Below the pieces are notes generated by a model. The model ran no database searches, was not told the origin of the DNA, and saw only the letters and a list, made by a program, of their open reading frames with translations. Shown here piece by piece: positions 52,756-64,000 of a stretch of 64,000 nucleotides of DNA; the first letter of the stretch is position 1, and each line of letters opens with the position of its first letter. The DNA lies in the NCBI GenBank assembly GCA_026770705.1, contig JANJGN010000018.1, forward strand, positions 80,600,001-80,664,000. Reading direction: 5' to 3'. The DNA comes from Isurus oxyrinchus (taxonomy: Eukaryota). The translations under genes were made by a program, and so were the position numbers.

Positions 52756-55700
52756 CTATGAAAAGGAAGAACATTTTAATGAATATATTTTCCATTGCCA
52801 TCATACACCTGTTGCTTCCCAATGCACAACCACCTCTAGTCAAAAAAGAACTCAGGAAATTTAGTTCAGATCACAGAATTCATTAGAATTACGACATCAT
52901 GATTAAAGGGTTAATACTTTAATGAAGCAGTGTGTATCCAGTATGTTATATTCTCAGACTGCATCTCAGGCCAGGAGAGGAAATAACTCTGTACAAAGTT
53001 TGACAGTGAACTTCAGAGTCTGAGGTCAGTATCTGAACTGATTGGACCAGGAAAGTTCCAGATTTAATTCTCAGTGCGTGCAGAGTTATCCTCAGCATTA
53101 CTGAGTTAGTGAGGGGAAAAATGTATAATCGGTCAGTATTCCCACTCCTGATCACTGTTCAATGACCTCTATTAGAAGACCATAGCATGAATTTTACATT
53201 CTGAGGTGAGGCACGCAGCCAACCCGAAGGCAAGTGAAATTGCGCAAAATGACGTTGGGCGTACGTCCTGACGTCATCGCGCACGCGAGCAATACTGAGG
53301 TCAATGCACACGCACATGAGTCAGAGCCGTGCCTGCCGACAATTAAAGGGCCAATTAAGGCCATTAAAAAGCCTATTGTCCACGATTTTAAGTTGCCATT
53401 GCAATTTCACGCTTGTCACACAGGCAAAACAGGTAGGTAGACAGCCCGTTTTTAACAAATTGTCACCTATAGGCAGGATAAAAAGTGTCTGGAGCATTGC
53501 CATTGTGAGTAGTGAGGAGTTTAGGAGATAGTTTGCTGCTGGTTGATGAGTGACACTTGACAGCTCTATCTCTGTTTTGAGCTTCAGTCTTTGCATTGCT
53601 AGTCTTCATTTCAGGACTCATTGGTGTCTCCAATCCACCTGGAGGATTTATAAAGTGTGGACCCTTCTGGTCTCCAGACAGCTTTCTGTTTCTCTGGTAA
53701 TGGGGATTGTCTACTTTGCTGGTGCCACCTCCTCTGAGGAGGAGCAAGAGAGGGGTAGAAGAGAGAGGAGGCCAGGTGTCCATAGGCAGCAACCAAGGGA
53801 GCAACCTGTGGGAGGAGAAGCGCAGGCACAGGGAGTCCAAGGCAGAAGGAGCCGCAGAAGACGTCACTATCCTGATGCCAGGGTTTTCAGGCAGTGATGC
53901 AGCTACCTCAGCATGTCAGAGGTGCAATGCCGAAGGATGCTCTGCCTCTCCAGGGAGACTGTGACCTCCATTTGTCAGATAATTGGGCCAAAGATCACCT
54001 CCAACTGTGTGGCTGGCCAGCCCATGTCAGAAGCTCAAAGGTCACGGAGGCCCTCAACTTCTATACTTCTGGCTCTTTCCAGAGGTCAGTGGGACATCGG
54101 TATGGATTGTCCCAATCAGCTGTCCATGTTTGCATCAAGCTGTTGGCTGATACTCAGTTCAGGAGGGTCATGACATTTATTAATTTCCGGATGGACAGGG
54201 CCTTCCAGGCAGAGCGAGCCAGAGGCTTTGCAGCCATTGCTGGCTTCCCCTGTGTCCAGGGTGCAATAGGCTGCACACATGTGGCCATCAAGGCACCAGC
54301 AGGTGAGCCCGGTGCCTTCATCAACAGGAAGGGACTCCACTCCATGAACGTGCAGATAGTGTGTGATCACAGGATGCAGATTCTACAAGTCTGTGCAAGG
54401 CAGCTCCCACAATGCCTACATCCTCAGACACTCCCAGGTGCCAGGGTTGCTCATGCCTCCAGCTCGACTGGATGGATGGCTGCTGGGTGACAAGGGCTAT
54501 CCATTGAAGAAATGGCTTATGATACCTCTCAGCCACCCAAGAACAGAAGCAGGGTAGAGGTCTTTTAGGAGCCATGTCTCCACAAGGGCGGTGATTGAGA
54601 GGACCATAGGTCTGCTGAAGATGTGCTTCTGATGCTTGAACCATTCAGGGGGACAACTACAATACCGCCCCCAGAGCGGGTGTCACTGATAGTGGTTGTA
54701 TGCTGCGCTCTCCACAATCTGGCACTGGAACGGGGGGGGGACCCACAAGAGCAAGAAGATCTTGAGGCAGCTCCTCAGACCACAGATGATGACTCCAGTA
54801 GTGGATCAGAAGAGGAGCCCGGAGAAGAACATGAAGAGGGTGTGGAGGCAGACCTCTGGAACCCTCAGGGAGGCAGGGTCACCAGGGAGGCCTTGATCCA
54901 ACACCCCTTCAGCTAGGCTGCCAAGGCACTGCTTCCACCTCATGCCAGAGATGTCACCTCCTTACCAGATGTTTGAACTGACCCATTCCATTGAACCCAA
55001 AGTCCACTCAGTGCCTGTGCAATAAAGTTCAGAGCCACTCATGTCCAGCATGTGATACTGGCGTGTCCTGCACCCACAAAACAAGTGAAGCATACTCGGG
55101 CCATTAATGCAAAAGCAAAATTTATAACGTTGGCACTCTCAGAAAATGAACATAGCAATATAAGGCGTTAATGGTCACACCAGTAAACAAACTAACAAAA
55201 CATGGCAGAACAGAAGACCATCTGTGAACAGTCCCTCTTGCGCTCACGATGTCTTAAACTTACATTGGCAAGTGCTGCGTCTTGGTGACCCCCACTACTG
55301 GCAGTGATATTGGAGGCAGCCTGCTGACTGTGCTGTCCCATTGGCCTTGATGAACTTGGCGGTCGTCCTCTGCCCAGTGGAGCCTGTGCTGGCCCCGCTG
55401 GGAACGAGAATACAGTGCCAAGGTTGGGCGCTCCTTAGTCTTCGCTGCTTCATCGGATGCCATGTTCACTGGCAGAGATGGGGAGGAGCTGCTGCTGTCA
55501 TCCAGAACACCTTGTGAGGAGCCCGCAGAGACATCAAGCAGTTTGTGCGCCAACTTGAGGTCAGTCTGGAACTCACTGCTCACCACTGATGGACAGGCAC
55601 CTAGCAGAAATACTAGGTGCCGCATCCACCTCTCACACTGGCAGTGACCTCCTGAGTCATGTCTGTGTGAGGGTTTGCAGGTCCAAGTGCAATCCCAGGA

Positions 55701-55800
55701 ACCCTTGATTCTGTCCCTGGAGCTGCCTCTTCATAAGAGTCGCCACTCTCTAATGCAAGAGGAGAACCAGGATTTTCACAGTTTAAAACAGCGAGAGGAG

Positions 55801-57276
55801 CACTGTCCATCTCTGACACTTCCCTTCCCTTCCTTGACCTCTCTGTCTCAATTTCTGGTGATAGACTGTCCACCAATATTCATTACAGGCCTACCAACTC
55901 CCACAGCTATCTCGACTACAGCTCCTCACACCCCGTTTCCTGTAAGGACTCCATCCCATTTTCTTAGTTCCTTCGCCTCCATCGCATCTGTTCTGATGAT
56001 GCCACTTTCAAAAACAGTTCCTCAGACATGTCTTCCTTCTTCCTTAACCGAGGTTTTCCATCCATGGTGGTTGACAGGGCCCTCAACCGTGACCGGCCTA
56101 TATCCCGCGCATCCACCCTCACACCTTCCTCTCCCTCCCAGAACAATGATAGGGTCCTCCTTGTCCTCACTTATCACCCCACCAGCCTCCGCATTCAAAG
56201 GATCATCCTCCGCCATTTCCGCCAACTCCAGCATGATGCCACACCAAACACATCTTCCCTTCACCCCCCCAGCAGCATTCCACAGGGATCATTCCCTCCA
56301 GGAAACCCTGGTCCACTCCTCCATCACCACCTACACCTCAACCCCCTCTCACAGCACCTTCCCATGCAACCACAAAAGGTGCAACACCTACCCCTTTACT
56401 TCCCCTCTCCTCACTGTCCAAGGGCCCAAACACTCCTTTCAAGTGAAGCAGCAATTCACTTGCACTTCCCTCAATTTAGTCTACTGCATTTTTTGCTCCC
56501 AATGCGGATTCCTCTACATTGGAGAGACCAAACGCAGACTGGGTGACCGCTTTGCAGAACACCTTCGGTCTGTCTGCAAGCATGACCCAGACCTCCCTGT
56601 CGCTTGCCATTTCAACACTCCACCCTACTCTCATGCCCACATGTCCATCCTTGGCCTGCTGCATTGTTCCAGTGAAGCTCAATGCAAACTGGAGGAACAG
56701 AACCTCATCTTCCAACTAGGCACTTTACAGCCTTCCTGACTGAATATTGAGTTCAACAATTTTAGATCATGAACTATCTCCTCCATCCCCACCACTTTTC
56801 CAATCACCCCTTTTTTTCCCAATAATTTATATACATTTTAGTTTTCCCACCTATTTCCATTATTTTTAAATGTATTTCCATCCATTGTTTTATCTCTACC
56901 TTTTAGCCTATTTCAATTCCTTTCACCCCACCCCGAATAGGGCTATCTGTAACTTGCTTGTCCTGCTTTCTACTCTTAATTAGCACATTCCTTAGATAAT
57001 ATCACCTCCTTCAACACCTCTTTGTCCTTTTGTCTATGACATCTTTTGGCTATCTCCACCTATCACTGGCCCTCTATCCAGCTGCTCTTGTCCCACCCCC
57101 CCTTAAACCAGCTTATATTTCACCCCTCTTCTATTTTTACTTAGTTCTGTTGAAGAGTCATACGGACTCGAAACATTAACTGTGTTCCTCTCCGCAGAGG
57201 CTGCCAGACCTGCTGAGTTTTTCCAGGTATTTTTATTTTTGTTTTGGATTTCCAGCCTCTGCAGTTTTTTGCTTTT
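55801..57276 (+). mobile_element. 5'-truncated Penelope-like element (RT thumb, GIY-YIG endonuclease, terminal repeat)
   Basis: FTCTSLNLVYCIFCSQCGFLYIGETKRRLGDRFAEHL...VACHFN...KLEEQNLIFQLGTLQP. Hammerhead-like motif at 57142-57181. Confidence 0.95.
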
Positions 57277-57599
57277 ATGTGAGTAGAGCACTGGGCTTTT
57301 TACAGTTTAAAACAGTGAGAGGAGAGCAGGGAACACATGGAGAGCGGTCCTGCATGAGAAGGGCAACAGCAACGGGAGATAAAAAGCTATGGCAGAGAGG
57401 CCCTTCAACCTGTTTCTGCCTGTCAGGGCCAAAGTGCGACATAACAGGAAAACGGGTAGGTGATTGGCGGGTATCTCTTCCCTGCTTTTGACTGACCAAG
57501 TGGTTTAAATCAGGAGATGTTGTTATATCTGTAGAGTGCAGTTAACAAATATACTTTTAAAATATTTAATATTAAATTAATGGATTAAATAGAATAGAG

Positions 57600-58563
57600 A
57601 TGGCTGGGCAGGCGATGTGTTGCAGCTGTGGTATGTGGGTGCTGGTGGATGCCAGTGCGATCCACAGTGGCCACACCTGTAGCAAGTGTTGGCTACTCGA
57701 GGAACTTTGGCTCAGTGTTGATGAGCTGGAGTCTGAGATGTGGACACTGCGACACATCAAGGTTGGGGGTGGGGGGGAGCGTTACCTGGACACTGTTTCG
57801 GGAGGCAGTCACACTCCTTAGATTAATTACATCAAATTCAGTCCATGGTCAGGGGCAGGAGGGTGTGACTGTGAGTGGGGCAGGTATGGGAGTCCAGAAA
57901 TTAGCTTTGGATGGGCTTCAGCCAGAGCCCTTGTCCAATAGGTATGAGCTTCTTGCTCCCAGTGTGAACGAGGGCACAGACTGCAGGAAGGATGAGCAAA
58001 CTGACCACAGCATCATGGCACAGAGTGCAATTCCAGCGGGGGGTGAAATGAGTAATGTAGTAGTAATAGGGGATAGCATAGTTAGGGGAATAGATACTGT
58101 TCTTTGCAGCAAAGGTAGAGAGTCCCAAAGGCTATGTTACCTACCTGGTGACAAGGTTAAGGACATCTCTTCTGGGCTGGAGAGGAACTTGGAGTGGGAG
58201 GGGAAGGATCCAGTTGTCGTGGTCCACCTAGGTAGCAACGACATAGTTAGGGCTAGGAAAGAGGTTCTGCTGAGAGACTACAAACAGCTCAGGGCTAAAT
58301 TAAAAAGCAGAACCACAAAGGTAACAATCTCTGGATTACTACCTGAGCCATGTGTAAATTGGCATAGGGTAAATAAGATTAGAGATGTAAATGCATGGCT
58401 CAAAAGTTGGCATGGGAAAAATAGGTTCCGATTCATGGGGCACCAGCACCAGTACTGGGGAAGGAGAGGGCTCTTCTCTTGGGACAGGCTTCATTTGAAC
58501 AATGCAGGGACCAGTGTCCTGGTGAATTGTATAACTAGGGTTGTAGATAGGGCTTTAAACTAA
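57600..58563 (+). pseudogene. CR1 ORF1 (zinc finger/leucine zipper + SGNH esterase), frameshifted near 57775
   Basis: CCSCGMW...CSKCWLLEEL in one frame; VVVIGDSIVR, VVVHLGSND, DRLHLN in the next. Confidence 0.9.
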
Positions 58564-61500
58564 TTAGTAGGGGGAGGGTTCAACTGAAGGGAAGTTTAGA
58601 AAATCAAAAATAATCAAGACAGCGAAAAGGCGAACGAAAATCAAAGTGTGGCAGGAAGAGGCAAGAAATAAAGGCAGAATAGTGCAGCAGAAATGAGAAC
58701 TAGAATGAGTAATAATGGTAAAAAGTCATAGCTTAATGCTCTTTATCTGAATGCACACAGCATTTGTAACAAGATATATGAGTTGACGGCACAAATAGAA
58801 ATAAATCGATATGACTTGATAGATTTTACAGGGACATGGTTGCAGGGTGACCAAGGGTGGGAACTCAATAATCAAGGATATTCAGTGTTCCGGAAAAATA
58901 GGCAAAAAGGAAAAGGAGGTGGGGTAACTTTGTTAATAAAGGAAGGTATCAGTGCGGTGGTGAGTAGTGATATAGGTACAATAGATCGTGATGTGGAATC
59001 GGTTTGGGTGGAAATAAGGAATAGCAAGGGGAAGAATCCATGGGTGGGAGTCATCTATAGGCCCCCAAAGAGTTGCCTCACCGTAGGACAAAGCGTAAAT
59101 TGGGAAATAATGGAGGTGTGTAAGAAGGGCGCTACAATTGTCATGGGTGATTTTAATCTGCATATTGACTGAACAAATCAGATTGGCAGGAGTAACATGG
59201 AAGATGAATTTGTAGAGTTCATTAGGGATTGTTTCTTAGAACAATACTTTGTAGAACTTACCCAGGAACAGGCTATTTTAGATCTAGTAATATGTAATGA
59301 GGGAGGATTAATAAGAGGTCTCGTAGTTAAGGGTCCTCTAGGGGGCAGCAATCACATCATGGTAGAATTTTAAATGCAGTTTGAGGGCGAGCAACTCGGG
59401 TCTCTAACCTGTGTCCTCAACTTGAATAAGGGTAATTACAGAGGAAAGAGTTGTCTAAAGCAGGCTGGGAAAATAGACTAAGGGGAAGGTTAGTGGGTGA
59501 ACAGTGGCAGACATTAAACAGATACTTCATATGCTCAGCAAAAATTTATCCTGGTTAAAAAGGACTCGATGAGAAGGATAAACCACCTGTGGTTAACAAA
59601 AGAAGTCAAGGAGAATGGCGGGACAGGCATGAGGGGCCGAATGGCCTGCTCCTACTTCTTATGTTCTTATGTTCTAAGGAGGCAGTGTGCTCAGTGCTGA
59701 GGGTCACCGCAGCACTCATGCTCCATATGGACTCTTCTAAGACAGAGAACATGGCACACAAACCCTCAGGAACTTCCGCCAGATCCTCCTGCGCATTCTG
59801 CTGAACATCCAGCATCTGCCGTGTAATGAACAACTCCAGAGGCTCGTCATCTGCCTTGGACTCAGCATTGTCCTGGCCTCCAGCAGTCCTCCAGCCACTG
59901 GCATCCCAAACACACTCTGCCTCTGCCTGTTCCTCATACAAGTATGCCGTGCCCTCACCGCTGTGGACTGACATTGTAGCCGATGATCTAATGTCCACCG
60001 AAATGCTGGTATCTGTGCTTGTGCCTGGTGCAGAGAGGGGGTGTGATGCAGGTGCATTTGACAGGCACTGGTCCTCCGGCGTCAAGAGTGGCTCATCAGG
60101 GTCCTGCAATCATTTGCTGGATGGCGATTCTAGAGGAGGAAAATGACATGTCATCAGTAATAGTCATCACACTGTCACTGTCCATGCTAGGCAGGCTGGT
60201 GACACAATGGAGATCTGCATCATGGTGCCATCATTTTTTAGTGAACAATGTGGACTCCAGGTTTAAGGTTTCCATTACAGATGAGACAACACAACAATGT
60301 TTACACACACTGACACTCTCACATCTGTGCACTGCACTCTTACCTTTGTCAGAGACCATCTGCCCCTCCATGACCCGTGGGACAAGCTGGGCACTGGCAC
60401 TCCATCTCTGAGGTATCCACCTCGTTCCTCGTCAATATGGACAAGTTTGGGTGGTCTCTGCCTGTCCTTGACCTCTTGATGGTGTTATGACTTCTGTTCT
60501 CCTGAAAGGACAGAGGAGCATTAATTAGTCCACACTCTACCTGTAGAGCCATTGCAGCCTGGCCAACCCCACCTGAGGAACACCATGCAGGGCACAACTG
60601 AGTTGTGGCCCTCAACCTGCAAAGCAATCAGGCCAAGCAGGCAGAACTCACTGCCTTGGCCTGTGCTGACGTCATTGACAGTTTGCACTCAGGTTCTTAC
60701 ACCCATGAGCACCATGGCAGGGTAGACCAGCTGTTAACATTTCTCCGAACATATCTACGCAAACTCGACGCTTGCCCTTGCCGAGCACAGCAGATCGTTG
60801 AACTTTTGTGGGACTGCACCCAAGTGCGCCATACAACATCAGGGCCGCTAACCTGGACTGCCAGCTCTGCCCATGCTTTCTTGGTCAGGTGCAGTGGTCT
60901 CCTCTTGACATCCCTGGGGATGAGGATGTCCTGCCCGCCATTGACTTCATCCATGAGGATTCCCAGGCACTCGTCAAGAACCAGAGGGGCGGGGGGACAG
61001 ACTACCCACAGGACTGTCCCTCCAGCCTGGCATGTCCAGCAGGTGCAGAATGCCATTGCTGCTCAAAAAAAATGTTTTGTCAAACAACTCCAAAACGACA
61101 AAGTGTCCCGTGGCAGCCTTTAGGAAACTGCCTCTGCTGTTTTTAAATCTCCCACCTGGTTGCCAATAGACCCAGTGCCCAACAGGCTCCCGCCCCCGCT
61201 GGCCCTTCCGACCATTGAGCAGATGCGTTTCACGCTGGACAGCCCTTAATTGGCCACCCAGTGTGAAATTGCATTGGAAATGCGATCCCTCTCAGGAGCT
61301 GATCCTACATCCGTTTCCGGGCCTGCCTACTTGGTCAGGTGACCTGTAAGTAAACTTGATCAAAGTACCTGATGGCACAGCTGCCCACAGAAATATATCC
61401 CAGCAAGATTCATTTTCATAACTCTATTTATAATCGTGAGAGCTTTAATTAGTTCAGTTTTCAGCTGATGAGCATCCTTAACAATGTGAATTTTCTCAGT

Positions 61501-61840
61501 CAGTCATGTTCAATAAGCTCCAGTGAATAACAGCAGCTTAACTGTACCGAAACTAAAGACAGACAGGCAGATTGAAGAATTGTGAACTCCAGTCAGTTCA
61601 CACATCAGTTCTTTAATACAATGCACATCTGCATTGCTGTTTACATTTTAAAAAGAGAAAGTCATAAGTAACACTTACAAGTCTGGAATAGGATACCTTT
61701 GGTCATTTAATCTCTCCTGCCTTACTCCCTTTTTCAGACCTTCCTTTTTTGTTCTTTCCTCCCATCCTTTCTTTCCCTGCCTCGGTGCTTGCTTTAAACC
61801 TGTTACATCTCTACTAATTCCAGTTCTGATGAAAGGTCAT

Positions 61841-64000
61841 TGTTATATTATTCTTAAAGTTCTAGGAACTAACTGTTATGTGAATATAAATCTGGGTTGT
61901 CACATTCACTGTCACACTCGGCATATGCCGAGTGACAATTCTGCAGTTTATCAGTCCACCAGCCACATGGAGAGCAGCAAGAAGTACACTGAAGAACTTC
62001 AGCATCTTGAGTCTAAAGTGTGGTTATTTCTAACTTATGGGGACCAGAAGACATAACATGGTGGTAGCAGGGTGTCTGTGAGTAAAAACCCAAACATTTT
62101 AAACAAATTTAATGATGAATTGGATTGAAAAAATCAACCCGAATTAATGTCTAGAGACAGAAAAACTGAGTGAATTGTGTGAAAATTAAGTGGCCAACAC
62201 AGCAATAAACACACAACTTTGACCCATGATGAATTGGGAGGCTAATGATGTCTTAGAGATACTAGAGAGCTGTGAACCGACATTTAGTAACTTTCTAAAA
62301 GGCGTTCGTGAAGAAGAAAGGGCCTACAACATCCTTTTGTGGGCAAGAGAGAAAATGTTCAATTTATTTAATAGCTGGGAGCTGAGTGAAAATGACAGTG
62401 AAAACTCAAAGGACAGAATTTTACGACAGCAGGATTTTATGTTCCCGCTGAAGTCAATGGGATTGATGACCGCTCGCCACATTTAGCAGCCCCATCCCCG
62501 CCAAAACAGGGCCGTAAAATTCTGCCCAAAGTTTTGAAAAATTCAGCAGACATCACCAGCCAAAGCGAAATTATCGGATCTACTGATGTAAATTTCAAGG
62601 CCTGAGGCAGGAATCAGGTGAGACTGTTGACAATTTCTTAACAAGACTGAAAAACGCATCCAGAAAATGTAAATTCAATGACACAGATGGAAGGCTGCAA
62701 GATCAGCTCATTTGGAGCTCGGCACACACTGAAGTACAAAAAGATTTAATTGGAAAATACACAATTTCTCAGGCTGTAGACACTGCCAGAGCACATGGAC
62801 CACAATTAAACAGATGAAGACACTAACTATCCAAATGGCTTATGTTCAATGAAGTCAAGAGAAAGGCTGAAGCAGTGAAACTGTAACAAGAGAATACACA
62901 CCAGACTGAGAGAGAGATGTGCAAGAGTTGTGGACGACAACATGAGTTCACAGACAGAAGGAAATCTCCTGCGTATGGATCAAGCAGAGCTTGTGGAAAG
63001 ACCAATCAATGGGAAAAGATGTGCAGAAGAAAGAAAGAAAATGGTAAACAAGTTATCAGAGACAGAGGAATGCGAGGAATGAGAAGTTAAATGAGCCAAA
63101 CATCCATACCCTGGAAGATGACAATGAGTTTGAGGACGCAATAGGCATAGGAACCGCACAACTGCATGAAATGGCTGGATGCACCATTTCCCAAAGAAAG
63201 GAAACTCATATAACCATTCAGTTCAGGAAGACGGTGATAAATAAGCCCACAACCATAAACCTGAAGCTGAATCTTGACACCAGAGCACAGAGTAATATCA
63301 TCCCGCTCAGGCTATATCAGAAGAACTTACCTGAAAATTTGAAAGACAATGGGTACCCAAGGAAAGGCACTCTGACACTGAGCAACAGTGTGTGAGAGAA
63401 CTGAGATTCAACAGCTAGGAATAACCCAAATCAGATGGACCCACAAAGGAAAAGCTGTTACAACAGCGGGAACCTTGCCACTCTGTAAGTAGATGCTTCT
63501 ACAAAAGGAGTGGAAGAAGCACTGGTACAAGAGGGAAAACCAATAGTGTTCGCATCCAAAGCTCTAACATCAGTTAAGACTAGATATGCAAAATAGAAAG
63601 AGATCTTTTGGCAACCATGTATGGACGTGAGACATTCCACACATATCTCTTGGAGACAAAGTTCATGGTGGAGACTGATCATCATCCACTGGAGCGCTGG
63701 AGCAGATCTACAAGAAAAATCAGTATAGAGCTCCAGCAGGACTGCAAAGGTTACTCTTGAGGCTTCAGGGTTAAGGTTTTGAACTGAATTACAAGCCAGC
63801 AAAATAAATGGTGCTTAACAGATGCCCTATCTCAGTTGTTACCAAAGGAGGAATATGAGATCTAGGTACAAAGATGCATCACCTAGTGAACTTCACACCA
63901 CTGAAACTGAGTCAAATTAGATACTGTGGGGAAACCCCAATGGAACAGACAATTCTGCCATTAAAATGTGGCAAATGCCCATTAACTACAGTTTTAACCC
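61841..64000 (+). mobile_element. Decayed Gypsy element (LTR, PBS, gag Zn knuckle, protease, RNase H remnants)
   Basis: TGTTAT...CATAACA (61841-62058) followed by TGG. Cys/His knuckle near 62920-63025, LDTRAQSNII protease motif, VDASTKG...PIVFASKALT...RYA RNase H motif. RT core appears deleted. Confidence 0.8.
62411..62527. mobile_element. 117-bp Harbinger-type MITE
   Basis: GGACAGAATTTTACG ... CGTAAAATTCTGCCC termini, flanked by AAA on both sides. Confidence 0.85.

Larger units (their letters stand above)
55754..59675 (+). mobile_element. CR1 element with 5' UTR, ORF1, endonuclease and 3' tail but no RT
   Basis: ORF1 57600-58563; APE motifs LYLNAHS, VGVIYRPP, MGDFN; tail CTTATGTTCTTATGTTCT near 59660-59675. 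TCTAA at both junctions. Confidence 0.88.
53186..61345 (+). mobile_element. PIF/Harbinger element (transposase plus about 53700-54916; intron-containing Myb/SANT gene on minus) carrying nested CR1 and PLE
   Basis: [54 protein letters not shown]. Myb-like KKAWAELAVQV...RTWVQ at 60800-60960. Left terminus GCATGAATTTTAC; right terminus unclear. Confidence 0.88.

Noticed and set aside
57628-58563. SGNH esterase ORF functionally linked to the NXPE esterase-fold gene
   Set aside because: It is standard CR1 ORF1 inside a LINE; the proximity is coincidental.
61366-61500. Candidate first coding exon of NXPE (open frame ending CAG|GTACTT on the minus strand)
   Set aside because: No hydrophobic signal anchor or recognisable similarity; cannot be supported.

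Overview
Repeat-dense vertebrate genomic DNA with three N-gaps. It is most likely from a cartilaginous fish, inferred from the repeat repertoire. It is not prokaryotic and has no rRNA, tRNA or CRISPR. The only host-gene content is a decayed NXPE3-like locus (neurexophilin/PC-esterase, SGNH O-acyltransferase family). One minus-strand copy has four recognisable exons (52755-51968, 50327-50254, 47438-47230, 36829-36276) and at least six disabling lesions. Two further orphan copies of the terminal exon lie at 13360-12734 (minus) and 16521-18755 (plus), the plus copy being part of an old inverted duplication. The rest is nested mobile DNA: Penelope-like elements (PLEs), CR1/L2-group, RTE and Tx1 LINEs, Gypsy LTR elements (one with both LTRs, a PBS and a 4-bp TSD) and several PIF/Harbinger elements and MITEs. 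The most unusual signal is a family of short PLE-terminal-repeat insertions carrying minimal hammerhead-ribozyme motifs, often with a recurrent CUGUUGA variant core, flanked repeatedly by 14-bp target-site duplications. There is also a separate fold-back element with a hammerhead motif on each strand around a CCAAT/TATA spacer. All calls come from reading the sequence by eye; family names are from remembered motifs, not database searches.
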